From Squalus acanthias (taxonomy: Eukaryota): a stretch of 64,000 bases of DNA. Location of the stretch: positions 32,862,001-32,926,000 of the forward strand of contig CM059432.1 in NCBI GenBank assembly GCA_030390025.1, read 5' to 3'. Position numbers and translations under genes: made by a program. Within the stretch, counting starts at the first letter, position 1. Every line of letters starts with the position of its first letter. The notes beneath the pieces were generated by a model that made no database searches, was not told the DNA's origin, and saw nothing but the letters and a program-made list of their open reading frames with translations. Below, in pieces: positions 50,634-62,117 of the stretch.

Positions 50634-52062
50634 GGCCCAGAAATTGATCTCGCTCTGTTCCCGCGGGGGTAAGGCTTCCCCGCGATCTCTCACTCCGCTT
50701 GTGCTTTTTCAGATCCAGCTCGCACGAACTTGATGTTCCAGACATCAGCTGGGCAGTGCTTGCGTATCCCACCGGCGTAGTGAATTCGTGCGAGCTGTGG
50801 GATCACGTGACTCAGTTAGAGCCAATGGCAGCACACCATCTTCCATTCATAAGTTTCACATACGTGCTGTGAAATCTATGAATCTTACACCCCCCCAAAA
50901 TAACAGCTAAACCTCAATTAAATTTTTTTAAAAAACCATCACATTAATAAAATAAGTATAGTTAAATAAATTAACCATTTTAAATAAAATTTTTGAAAAA
51001 ATTTAAAATCTTTTAAAAAGTTATAAAAATAAACTTACCTGTCTTTAAAGTCTCTAAAAAAGATATACCTGTTAAAAAAAAATCAAAAAAATACTTAATT
51101 CACTACTTACCTTGTTAAAAGTGGGTCTTACTCCTCCTTTTTCCATTTCTAAAATCTTCCGTACTTACCTGCGCGTCCAAAGCATGAAGTGCACAGCGTG
51201 CGCGCAGCCTGTAGCGCGCACGTGATGCACCGAGGAACCGCCCCCTTTTCAAAAGACCAAGTGCCGGTTTTCAGCGCATGCGCAGGGCATGCAGAAAACC
51301 GGCAATTGGAGAGAGAATACGCGAGAGTACGCACTGTGTACTCTCGCGTTTTAGGTCTCCAATTGCTGGTTTCCTGCATGCACTGCGCATGCGCGGGAAA
51401 CCGGCACTTCGTGAATTCAAAAGGGGGCGGTTCCTAAGTGAACCACGCGCGCGCTACAGGCTGCGCGCATGCAGTGCACTTAGTTATTTTTGCAGCTTTG
51501 AACGCGCAGGTAAGCATGGAAGATTTTACACATAAAGAAAGGAGGCGTAAGACCCTCTTTTAACAAGGTAAGTAGTTAATTAAGTATTATTTTAAATTTT
51601 TTTCAACAGGTTTATCTTTTTTAGAGACTTTAAAGAAAGGTAAGTTTATTTTTATAACTTTTAAAAAGATTTTAAATTTTTTCAAAAATTTAATTTTTTG
51701 TTTAAAGTGGTTAATTTATTTAACTATACTTATTTTATTAATGTGATGGCTTTTTTTTAAAATTTAATTGAGGTTTAGCTGTTCTTTTGGGGGGGTGTAG
51801 GATTCATAGCTTTGACAGCCCTTGCTGTTAAAACTATGAATGAAAGATGGTGTGCTGCCATTGGCTCTAACTGAATCACGTGATCCCAGAGCTCGCACGA
51901 ACTAATTGCGTCTCTGGGTCACGCAAGCACTGCACAGCTGCATGTGGGACTGGCCTTGAAACTAAAGTTCATGTGGGCCCGGAGGAAAAAGGTAGGCGCG
52001 GTGTGAGATATCACGGGGAAGCCTTACCCCCGCGTGAACACTCACTGTTTAATTTCTGGGCC
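50634..52062. mobile_element. 1.43-kb foldback (palindromic) non-autonomous DNA transposon, Harbinger-like ends
   Basis: GGCCCAGAAATT / AATTTCTGGGCC termini, ATT/GTT flanks; arms are inverted copies throughout; centre ~51334. Confidence 0.88.
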
Positions 52063-54194
52063 GTTAGAAAGACTTCCTAAGAATGGCATCAAATAGATAA
52101 ATCGATAATAACCACTTTATGATAGGTTTTTGAAATGCCTAAACAGGAGACAAGTCCAAAAGCTAACAGCTGATATGACAAAGAATAGAACAAAGTCAGC
52201 AAAAAATGACTTAAAACAATTAGCTTACACCAGCAAGAATACTTCAAAGGATAAACCACCAAAAAAAAAGGTATAAAACATAGACCTTTTCAGATAGAAA
52301 GTCAGAAGTCGCTGGGAAGACAAGTGTTTCTCAACTTCACAGACATTCTCTGTAAGTTTTTAATTTTGAGTCTCAGGTAATCAAGGTATTTGATTTTGGT
52401 GGATATTCTGGATTAAGAAATAAGTAGAAGTGTGGAAATATTACGAAGTTAAGATTTGAGAATAAGGATCTCAAATAAGAAATGTAAGCTATTTGTATTT
52501 TGAACGGTTAAAGTTGCGATTGCCATAAATGTCGGTTCTTTAATAAATCTATATATTTTTAGAATTATCTCAAAGAGTATTTCTGTATCATCTTGCGAAC
52601 TCAATTTCTGTACACTCAAAGGAGTTGCAGAATTCTGGGGGGTATTCTGGACCCTCATAATATCTGGAAGGTTACAGTTTAGTTAAACTTATTAAAAGTA
52701 CTATCCGGAGGACGGTAACATCTTTAGACCGTTTCTTTCCTTTAGGGAGAGGTAGTCTGACCTTTAGACCCAATTAAGCGTCTTATAGGATCCGACTACC
52801 GCTAACTTTAGTTGAAGGTAAACGTCTGGGGAATACACCTGATCTGGGGTAGTCCGAAAGGGCTAGGACTTGTAATTATCCCTTCATTACTACTTGATAG
52901 GCTGGGTGTCTGTCAAAAAAGAAGCCCACCAACATGTTTTAGAGTCTCCAAACCAAGCTACCAAGAAAACTACACCTGTAGAGTTTCCATGTGCCCAATA
53001 TAGAGTGCACACTCTCCTCCATAGGGACACATCCTACTTACCTAAGTCCAAAGAGTTTACAACAACTTGCATTTATATAGCACCTTTAATGTTGTAAAAC
53101 GTCCCAGTGTGTTTATGCTTTGTTTGGCAGAGTCAAGACTTAGGGACCTCCAAGTGCACAGGGGTACTGCTCAAGGTAAACCAGCTGAAACCCATAGCTT
53201 ACCAGTACAGAGCATTGATAAGCTCCCTGCTACTTGTCCGACAAGAACTACTCTATACCTAAAGGCAGGGTTGTCTGGAACCATGTGGGAATACTCCTAG
53301 CCACCTCTGACAGGTCTAGCCCTCCATATTGTATTAGTGAGCCAGATTTGCTGGTCAGTCAGTAACTGTGCCCTGGAGTACTGCAGACTCTAAGTAGTTT
53401 AGGCAGTGGATTACCAAGTCTACCACAGATGACCCAATCTTTCATTGTCAGGTTTGTTCTCTTGGAGCCAACTGGACTCTGAAGAGAATCCAATTACCTC
53501 ATTAGACAACTAACAAGTGTGGGTTTGAGCTCTTGATAGTTGGACATCAGATGGCGGGAACTATTTATGAGCGGTAGGGTGAGCAACACAACTCACCAAA
53601 AGATGGCCACCATCCTCCTGACCATAGCACGGGCACACAACATATTCCATGGCATGAGGGTTCCACCTGTAGGAGGTGCGGCATTTCAGCAGTAGCCAGA
53701 GGTTATGTTGACCCTTGCCCTCTGGCTTTCTCCCCTCTCTAGTTACTTCAAGCTATGAAACTTCAGATGACAGGCGGGTGAACAAACTTGTAGACCTTTG
53801 CTGTCTGCTTGTGGGCTGATAACTAGAGTGGCCCCAGAGAAGCTCCTCCTTCCAATTCCCCCTTCTTTTCTCCAAGGAAACACCTGCACTTCATGCAACG
53901 ATTTGGTTGAGATCAGAGCCTAGATTTTCCAATGGACATTATTTTAACACTGGCAGTAGCCCCAAATAAAGCTGATTGGAACATCAAGGCTCAGTGGAGC
54001 AGGGTTGAAAAATCAAACCTGGAATAAGAGCCATATAGTTTGACCACAGCATCACTGAGGTAGAGAGGGCGAAGTCTGCCATGGTTTCCTCTCCTTATTA
54101 CTATCCAGTGATTTCTGGACAGTATGGGTATCAGAGGAGAACAGGATCTATCCACATAAACAGTCTGCTGATATTCACTGCCTGGTCTCACATG

Positions 54195-54360
54195 ATGCGG
54201 AGATGCCGGTGTTGGACTGGGGTGGACAAAAGTGAGAAGTCGCACAACACCAGGTTATAGTCCAACAGTTTTATTTGAAATCACAAACTTTCGGAGCGCT
54301 GCTCCTTCGTCAGGTGAAGGGGCAACCGCTCCGAAAGCTTGTGATTTCAAATAAAACTGT
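54195..54360. mobile_element. Penelope terminal-repeat inverted insert with a hammerhead core on the minus strand
   Basis: 12-bp TSD TGGTCTCACATG; minus strand TTCAC-CTGACGA-AGGAGCAGCGCTCC-GAAA-GTTTGTGA. Confidence 0.82.
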
Positions 54361-56305
54361 TGGTCTCACATGGGATGAAGGATTACTTGAGGGGGGGGTT
54401 CTAGGATTCTGCAATTGTACCTCATCATGAGTCACCCCTTAAGGGAAAGAGAGAAAAAAGAAAAGTAGGTGCATTTCTTAGAATGAGCTCAAGAATAAGG
54501 TCATTGTAGCATTTACCAACTTCATGAAAAAGTCATTTAGCTTTTGCCTCCCGACAAAAGAGGTTCAGGTGCCAAGACTGTACATTGAAATTCTGGGAGG
54601 GGAAATCACAATGTCCCGCAGGATTTTACGGTTATTAATTTTAATGGATGAAAAATTGTGCAAGCTGTGCTGAACTCCAGACCAGAATTCTTGATATGCA
54701 CTCCTGTCGTGTGAAACTCTGCATTGGGAGCACTGATATGTACAATCGACCCCTGTGTTCGGTGAATCCTTATCATGTTTGAGGAGGGAGAAGGATCGGA
54801 AACACCATGCAACGCAACACAAAGAGGCATTTCAGTGAAGTTAATATTACATTTTTGCTGAAACTTTTCTCGTTCATTAACAAGCGCATTCTCAGCCAAA
54901 TAGAGCCCATTTAAGTAATCTGATACCTGAGCCAAACAGGTCCACAAGTGCCCCAGGGACCTGTTATTAGATGGCCAGCCAGCTTGGCTCATTATCAGAA
55001 CTAGGAAGGGTAGACCTGTCACTGGGAGATGGGATGCTTCTCACTGTGCTCTAGTTAACCCTTTGAAAGCCAATGCTCAAATGGACAAGCAGCAGGAAGC
55101 TGACCAGTGCTCAGCTGACAAAACTCCAGTAGTACCTCTGTGCATAACCCTAAACTGTGACTCTGCCAACTTGCAGAGATTGCTGGACTTGGGTAAGCGG
55201 AGAGTGACACATAAATGTATACTCCATACCGGGGAAGCAGAAGGCAGGATTTTCAGCTTGGTAAGTTGGTGTGAACGATTTATGCTCACCTGATGTGACT
55301 GCCGTCGACCTCAGAGAATTTGGCCGGGGTCAAGCTATTTTAAATATTTTTGAATGGCTCCCAGTGGGATTCTTGCATGCACAGGGGAGTTTGCTTCAGA
55401 AGGTGGTGTGTGTGTGAGGAAATGGCAGCTGCAGGTCTTGGGCATCTGCAACAGTGGAGTGGTGGGGCCAGCTGTCTAAGGAGCAGCTGGAGAGGAGCCC
55501 AATTCTGATAGCGATTTTAAAATTTCACAGGGTCACAGATCACAATCAGTTGCCTGTGATTGATTGTACTCTTGGAGGGGCCTTTTAACATTTAAATGCT
55601 CTTCTGTCCATCATAGCAACACTGAACACCAGTAATGTGCTGACATCCCTTGTGGTCAGTGTTGCAATGGCGGTAGTTTTTACAAAATTCATTATTGGGA
55701 TGTGAGCATTGCTGGCAAGGCTGGCTTTTGTTGCCCATCCCTAGCTGCCTTGAGAAGGTGGTGGTGGACCTTCTTTTGAACCGCTGAGTTTGATACAACT
55801 GAGAGGCTTACCAGGCCGCTTCAGAGGGCAATTGAGTCATTTCTGGATTATTAGTCCAGGTTTCTGGATTACTAGTCCAGTAACATAACTACTACACTAC
55901 CGTACACCTCAGTGACAGGAAACATGTTGTATGACATTATATTTGTGCGGACGTATTCAGTGGCTGCCATTACTTCCAGCAGAAAATTCCAGAAGTGACG
56001 TGGAGCAACGCGAGCTGACTGAATGCCTCTCTGGCTGATTGTCCCAGTCTACTCCAGGTCCACCCAAAAATGGGTGGAATGGCAGAATAAGGTCCGACAT
56101 GGAAACTCTACTCTGTGGATTTCTGAATAGTTTGTTTTGGAAAGTCTTAAGCATGGTAAGGGGTTGCAGACAACTGGAGACCAAATAAAAAAGTTTTGGA
56201 GAGACCTCCTTTGAATTTCTTGATTCCCAACAGATGGAGAATGGCTCAAATATCCAGTACTCCTGGCAGATCCTCAGCCATTAGACATTCACAAAGTACT
56301 CCAAC

Positions 56306-56446
56306 CTGTTCTGGTGCCATGTATAAGCGAGTTCCAGCGCCTGGTGACCGATGAAACTGGTCAGATCCTCCTCTCTTCCAGGATGTAACAAGGCCAAAGT
56401 CTCCAATTTTGATATTATTGTTCAATGCAAAGAAGATATTGGCAGG
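56306..56446 (-). CDS. eIF2-alpha kinase (PKR/EIF2AK2-like) exon, subdomains VIb-VIII: PANIFFALNNNIKIGDFGLVTSWKRGGSDQFHRSPGAGTRLYMAPEQ
   Basis: caacag|CCT...GAACAG|gttgga, 141 nt, phase 0-0. NIF..IKIGDFGLVT...GTxLYMAPEQ is typical of PKR/PERK. Not in the ORF track. Confidence 0.93.
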
Positions 56447-56451
56447 CTGTT

Positions 56452-56569
56452 GAGCAAGAACAGGAATATCAGATTAGGGATATCAGATCAGGAACATCAG
56501 ATCAAGAACATGAGAGCAGAAACATCAGAGAAGCAACATCAGAGGAGGAACGTCAGATCAGGATCATTA
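56452..56569. repeat. Left remnant of the 14-bp satellite, abutting the kinase splice acceptor
   Basis: Degenerate CAGATCARGAACAT units. Confidence 0.8.
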
Positions 56570-56579
56570 CAGGATCACG

Positions 56580-57150
56580 ACAGTGTGGACCTGAGTGGGA
56601 GCGGCAGCAGCGGAGGCGGCGGCATAAAAGGAGCACCGGAGAAGGCCCAGGACACAGTGCAGACCTGAGCGAGAGCGGAGGCTTAAAAGGAGCACCGGAG
56701 AAGGCCCAGGACACAGTGCGGACCTGAGCGAGAGCGGAGGCTTAAAAGGAGCACCGGAGAAGGCCCAGGACACAGTGCAGACCTGAGCGAGAGCGGAGGC
56801 TTAAAGGGAGCACCGGAGAAGGCCCAGGACACAGCACGGACCTGAGCGAGAGCGGAGGCTTAAAGGGAGCACCGGAGAAGGCCCAGGACACAGTGCGGAC
56901 CTGAGCGAGAGCGGAGGCTTAAAAGGAGCACCGGAGAAGGCCCAGGACACAGTGCAGACCTGAGCGAGAGCGGAGGCTTAAAGGGAGCACCGGAGAAGGC
57001 CCAGAACACAGCGCAGACCTGAGCGAGAGCGGAGGCTTAAAGGGAGCACCGGAGAAGGCCCAGGACACAGCACAGACCTGAGCGAGAGCGGAGGCTTAAA
57101 GGGAGCACCAGAGAAGGCCCAGAACACAGCGCGGACCTGAGCGAGAGCGG
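56580..57150 (+). repeat. 59-bp tandem repeat (~9-10 units) at the CR1 5' end
   Basis: GACACAGTGCAGACCTGAGCGAGAGCGGAGGCTTAAAAGGAGCACCGGAGAAGGCCCAG repeated. Confidence 0.95.
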
Positions 57151-57625
57151 CGGCAGTGGCTTAAAGAGAGCTGAGCGGCGACTTAAAAAAACAAAAAAAC
57201 AAGGAGTGACGTCACAGAACAGCAGGTAGGTGATTGGTTGGTGAGTATTACAGCTCTTTTGCTCTCCAGGTTAGGTAAGAGAATTAAATTCAGAACTGGG
57301 AGAGTATTAACTACTATAACTTTAGTGAATTAATAACTTAAACTAAATTAACTAATTAAAACTAAAAATTAAAAGTTAAAATAATCGTTTGAATAAATAC
57401 TGTAACTAATTATATAAATAAAATAAGGTTAGATAGAGATGGCAGTGCAGGTGGTGTGTTGTAACTGCAGCATGTGGGAGTTGGTGGAGACCAATGAGAT
57501 CCCGAGCAACCACATCTGAGGTAAGTGCCTGCAGCTCGAGGAACTTCGGCTCAGAGTTGTTGAGCTGAAATCCGAGCTGCAAACATTGCGATACATCAGG
57601 GAAGGGGAGAGTTACCTGCACACTT

Positions 57626-59346
57626 GGGCAGCAATTTCCCCTACCTCGGCGGATCCGGTGTGGCCGGGGTCGGTGGCAGGTTGTGTCCCAGCTGTTGGCT
57701 CCAGGCTGCTGTCCAAAGTGATCTTACATTGATTGGGCTTGTTAAGTCCGCCCAGCGCATTTCCCGGTCAATTGAAGGAAGTGGGTCTGATGATGCGTTA
57801 TCAGCTGGTTTCCTTAAAGGGGCCATGTCCAAATTAATTTTGACAGTTGTGCTGCTGGTGTTCTACAGCATTGAGGTGCTGCAAACATTGACAAGCACTG
57901 CACAAAGGTGTAGGCCTGCACCCAGGCTCTCCCATGAGTCACAGCACGCAGGGAGGTTCTCTTCCCTTCCAATGGGCGGAAGAGACCTCACCAGGAGATC
58001 AACGCAGCCTGGTTGCACATCGCACAGGAGGACACAAGCAGGGATTTCGTTAGGAGGACCAGGCTTCAGTGGCGCAAACCTTTTAAAGATCTCAGTAGAT
58101 CACGAAACGTTACTGCAAAGCCACACTCAACCTCATCCTGCTGTGCCACTCATCAGATCCCCATCACTCTGCCTTCCCTAACCTACTCCTGCACATCCTT
58201 ATTCACACCAACATACCTTGCACCTCTACCCATCCCTCTCTATCTGCATTATCAGTTCCCCATCTCACAATCCACCCCTCACATTCACCCTCATCCTAGT
58301 CCAATCATACGAAGTAACAACACACAAGAGTTGGCACTTGGGTATTTTAGCCAATGTTCATGTGAAGTTTCTGTTAATGTGCTGTCAAACATTGAGATCT
58401 TTATTTTCTGCACTTTGCGTTCTTGGACAAATTTGTGTGCGCCTTTGAAAGTGGCTTAGTGAATTGCAGTGAATGGTGAGAAATAACGGTACCCCCCGCA
58501 ATGGCAATGAGTGTTGAAGGAATGGCTTGGGCATTGTAGGGATGCTTTATGGTGTTGGTGTGGGGTGGTGCCAACCTGGCGCATCATGTGGCAGCCAGGG
58601 TGTACAGTTTCAAGTGAAGTAAATCTGGCCATGGTGAGGCCAGCCCTGGCCTCCCAACCAGCAATGTGGTCGGGTGCTGATGCCCTGTGTCCTGTGCAGC
58701 ATCAGTTGATTGCGGAGAAGGTTGGTGCTGCTGGTGTTGGGGCTGATCATGGTGGGATTCTGAGGACCAAGGTGAGATAGTTTCAAGGGCACCGATGCTG
58801 ATGGAATAGATGACAGGTGAAGTTGAGATGACAGAAGCAAGCTGTCAATGGTGAGAGAGGTTGTTCCAATGAAGTGACACTGGATACAGAGTTTGCTCCA
58901 AACACTTGCAACCTGCAAAAAGCTCAATCTGATTTCCAAATGCAGTAAGCAACAGCTTCTGAGCTTGGAAAGTGAACAGCTGAGAGATGGGAGCTTTTAT
59001 AGCACATATGCAGCTGTCAAGTAAAGAAATTATATCATGGTGACAGAACTCCCGACCTGCTTACCTGACGTGATCCCCGAGCAGTGGGGAACCCGTGGGC
59101 GACCTCGTAAAATTTAAAGGTGAGTTCAAATATATTTTTTAAGTGGCTGTTAACAAGCTCTTAATCACCTAAATTACCTCCCCCGCTGCTTGGTGTCAGG
59201 TCTGTTCAGCGCTGACAGACCTGACATCTGGGAAACCAGCGTGGCGGCAGGTTGACAGCGGGTTCCCTACCCGCTGTCAAAAACATTTTTTTCCCCACCT
59301 GACCTGCCACCAAACGTGCCCGCTGACCCCCTGAAAAATTCCTCCC
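57626..59346 (+). mobile_element. PIF/Harbinger-like element remnant with a Myb/SANT-like ORF fragment, inserted in CR1 ORF1
   Basis: Ends GGGCAGCAATTT / AAATTCCTCCC; RREVLFPSNGRKRP...AAWLHIAQE...RRTRLQWRKPFKDL at ~57947-58100; CR1 ORF1 resumes at 59347. No clean TSD. Confidence 0.7.
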
Positions 59347-59915
59347 TATGTTCTGGGAGGCAGTCACACCCCTACTAACTCTAAAGTACTGCTTAACCTT
59401 AGGTTAAGCAGTACTTTAGAGTTAGTCAATGGTCAGGGACAGGAGGGTGTGACTGCGAGTCAAGAAGGTATGGGGAGAGATTGAGTAGACTGGGCCTATA
59501 TTCTCTAGAGTTTAGAAGAATGAGAGGTGATCTCATTGAAGCATACAAAATCCTTACAGGGCTTGACAGGGTAGATGCAGGGAGGATGTTTCCCCTGGCT
59601 GGAGAGTCTAGAACCAGGGGTCACAGTCTCAGAATAAGGGGACGGCCATTTAGGACTGAGATGAGGAGAAATTTATTCACGCAGAGGGTGGTGAATCTTT
59701 GGAATTCTCTACCCCAGAGGGCTGTGGAGGCTCAGTCGTTGAGTATATTCAAGACAAAGATGGATAGATTTTTGGATATTAAGGGAATCAAGGGATATGG
59801 GGATAGTGTAGTAAAGGGGAGTTGAGGTAGAAGATCAGCCATGATCATATTGAATGGTGGAGCAGGCTCGAGGAGCTGAATGGCCTACTCCTGCTCCTAT
59901 TTCTTATGTTCCTAT

Positions 59916-61062
59916 TAGAGCAGGAACATCAGAGGAGGAACGTCAGAGCAGGTACACGAGATTAAGAACATCAGAGGAGGAACGTCAGAGCAGGAACATC
60001 AGAGGAGGAACGTCAAAGCAGATAGACGAGATTAAGAACATCAGAGGAGGAACATCAGAGCAGGAACATCAGAGGAGGAACGTCAGATCAGGATCATTCG
60101 AGCAGTAATATCAGATCAGGATCATTCGAGCAGGAACATCAGAGCAGGAACATCAAAGGAGGAACGTCAGATCAGGAACATTCGAGCAAGAACATCACAT
60201 CAGGAACATTAGATCAAGAACATTAGATCAAGAACATTAGATCAGGAACATTAGATCAAGAACGTCAGATCAGGAACAGTAGATCAGGAACAGTAGATCA
60301 AGAACATCAGATCAGGAACAATAGATCAGGAACATCAGATCAAGAACATCAGATCAAGAATATCAGATCAAGAACATCAGATCAAGAACATCAGATCAAG
60401 AATATCAGATCAAGAACATCAGATCCAGAACATCAGATCAGGAACATCAGATCAAGAACATCAGATCAAGAACATCAGATCAAGAACATCAGATCAGGAA
60501 GATTAGATCAAGAACATCAGATCAAGAACATCAGATCAAGAACATTAGAGCAAGAACATCAGATCAAGAACATTAGATCAGGAAGATTAGATCAAGAACA
60601 TCAGATCAAGAACATCAGATCAAGAACATTAGATCAGGAAGATTAGATCAAGAACATCAGATCAAGAACATCAGATCAAGAACATTAGATCAAGAACATC
60701 AGATCAGGAACATTAGATCAAGAACATTAGATCAAGAACATTAGATCAAGAACATTAGATCAAGAACATTAGATCAAGAACATTAGAGCAAGAACATTAG
60801 ATCAGGAAGATTAGATCAAGAACATCAGATCAAGAACATCAGATCAAGAACATTAGAGCAAGAACATTAGATCAGGAAGATTAGATCAAGAACATCAGAT
60901 CAAGAACATCAGATCAAGAACATTAGATCAGGAACATTAAATCAAGAACATTAGATCAAGAACATTAGATCAGGAACATTAGATCAAGAACATTAGATCA
61001 AGAACATTAGATCAGGAATGTCAGATCGGGAACATTAGATCAGGAATGTCAGATCAGGAATG
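59916..61062. repeat. 14-bp satellite (CAGATCAAGAACAT)n, ~80 units, with 19-bp variants at the left end
   Basis: Visible tandem array. Confidence 0.97.
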
Positions 61063-61593
61063 ACAGGGAAGGAATTTGATGTGTGGTACTGAGCCATGAA
61101 GACCAGCAAAGGAAGCGGTGGGATGCTACAGTTGGCCTTTCTGGATAGAAATACCAGCGAGGGATCCCACTCCTGAACTTTATCCAGTGACCCTTGCTGG
61201 AAAATGCATATGTAAACTTCAGTGAGGGAAGGATCGAGCTCAGCTAGATGCCTCCTCTAACGGTAGAATAGCCTGCTGACACACATTATTTCGATACATA
61301 TGAAGAACGGTCAATTGGATAAGGTACTAAAGGTGGTGCCCACGGAAGTGTGAGTCAGAGGCTTCAGGAGAGGAGAGGAGAAAACTGGGAAAAATGAATA
61401 ATGTTTTAATAGATTCTTGAAGGGCACTCTCAGCAGGTTCCACTATTAAATTACTCTCACACAAGTTGATTCAGATAAAGTAAGGTCACAAGCTTCCCAC
61501 TAGAAGGATGTGACTGCAAGGCACTGACAGTGATAATGGGGTACAGTTACATTGTTACTACATTGTTAACCATTGTAGAGGTGCAGAGGTAAT

Positions 61594-61696
61594 GGGAGTA
61601 ATTTTATCATAACCCGATTCAGGCGAGGTGTAAAACAGGTGGCTGATCCAATCCTGTCAGTTTTCTGATAGACGGGTTAGGTTTAAAATTACCCCC
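61594..61696. mobile_element. ~100-bp MITE-like inverted repeat
   Basis: GGGAGTAATTTTA...TAAAATTACCCCC ends, AAT/AAG flanks. Confidence 0.5.
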
Positions 61697-62117
61697 AAGG
61701 TTTCTGGGATAGAACTTTTATGGGGGTTCCTTGTTCTCACCTCATAACTCCAGCGGAAACCCCAAAGAAATAGCATAAACAGACAGTTTATGTATTTTTC
61801 TAGGGTTCCCACTGAAAGTGCATGCGTGTGGACATCAGGCGGGAACAGGACCAGGCTAGGCTGTGATCCCTTCCACAGTCGGATAACCTGTCATCACCCT
61901 TTGTCAAGGCTCGCACATAAATATTGGACACATGGGAGGTCACCTTCAAATGGTAGCTCAGTAAGGTAAGCAGCATCTTCAGAAGAGGAGGGTAGATAAT
62001 TCGATAGAAAAAAAACTATGTTGTATTAATATCCATTATGTAGGTGGGTGACACTGTCATAGGATATCTCAAGGGTAAATCCATGTTTTGAAAAGATGTG
62101 TTATAGTCAACTGTGCA

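Larger units (their letters stand above)
56570..59915 (+). mobile_element. Internally deleted CR1 with its 5' region (tandem monomers, ORF1 start at 57439) joined to an ORF2 3' end
   Basis: ORF1-like MAVQVVCCNCSMWE...GKCLQLEELRLRVVEL; ORF2 tail 59475-59825; (TTCTTATG) end; ATTA on both flanks. Confidence 0.8.

Noticed and set aside
52840..52870. CTGATCT...TAGTCC-GAAA-GGGCTA as a ribozyme
   Set aside because: Lacks CUGANGA, and GAAA is a hairpin loop; a 6-bp stem is expected by chance.
56580..57150. CRISPR-like regular array
   Set aside because: Pure tandem units with no unique spacers, eukaryotic context, no cas genes.
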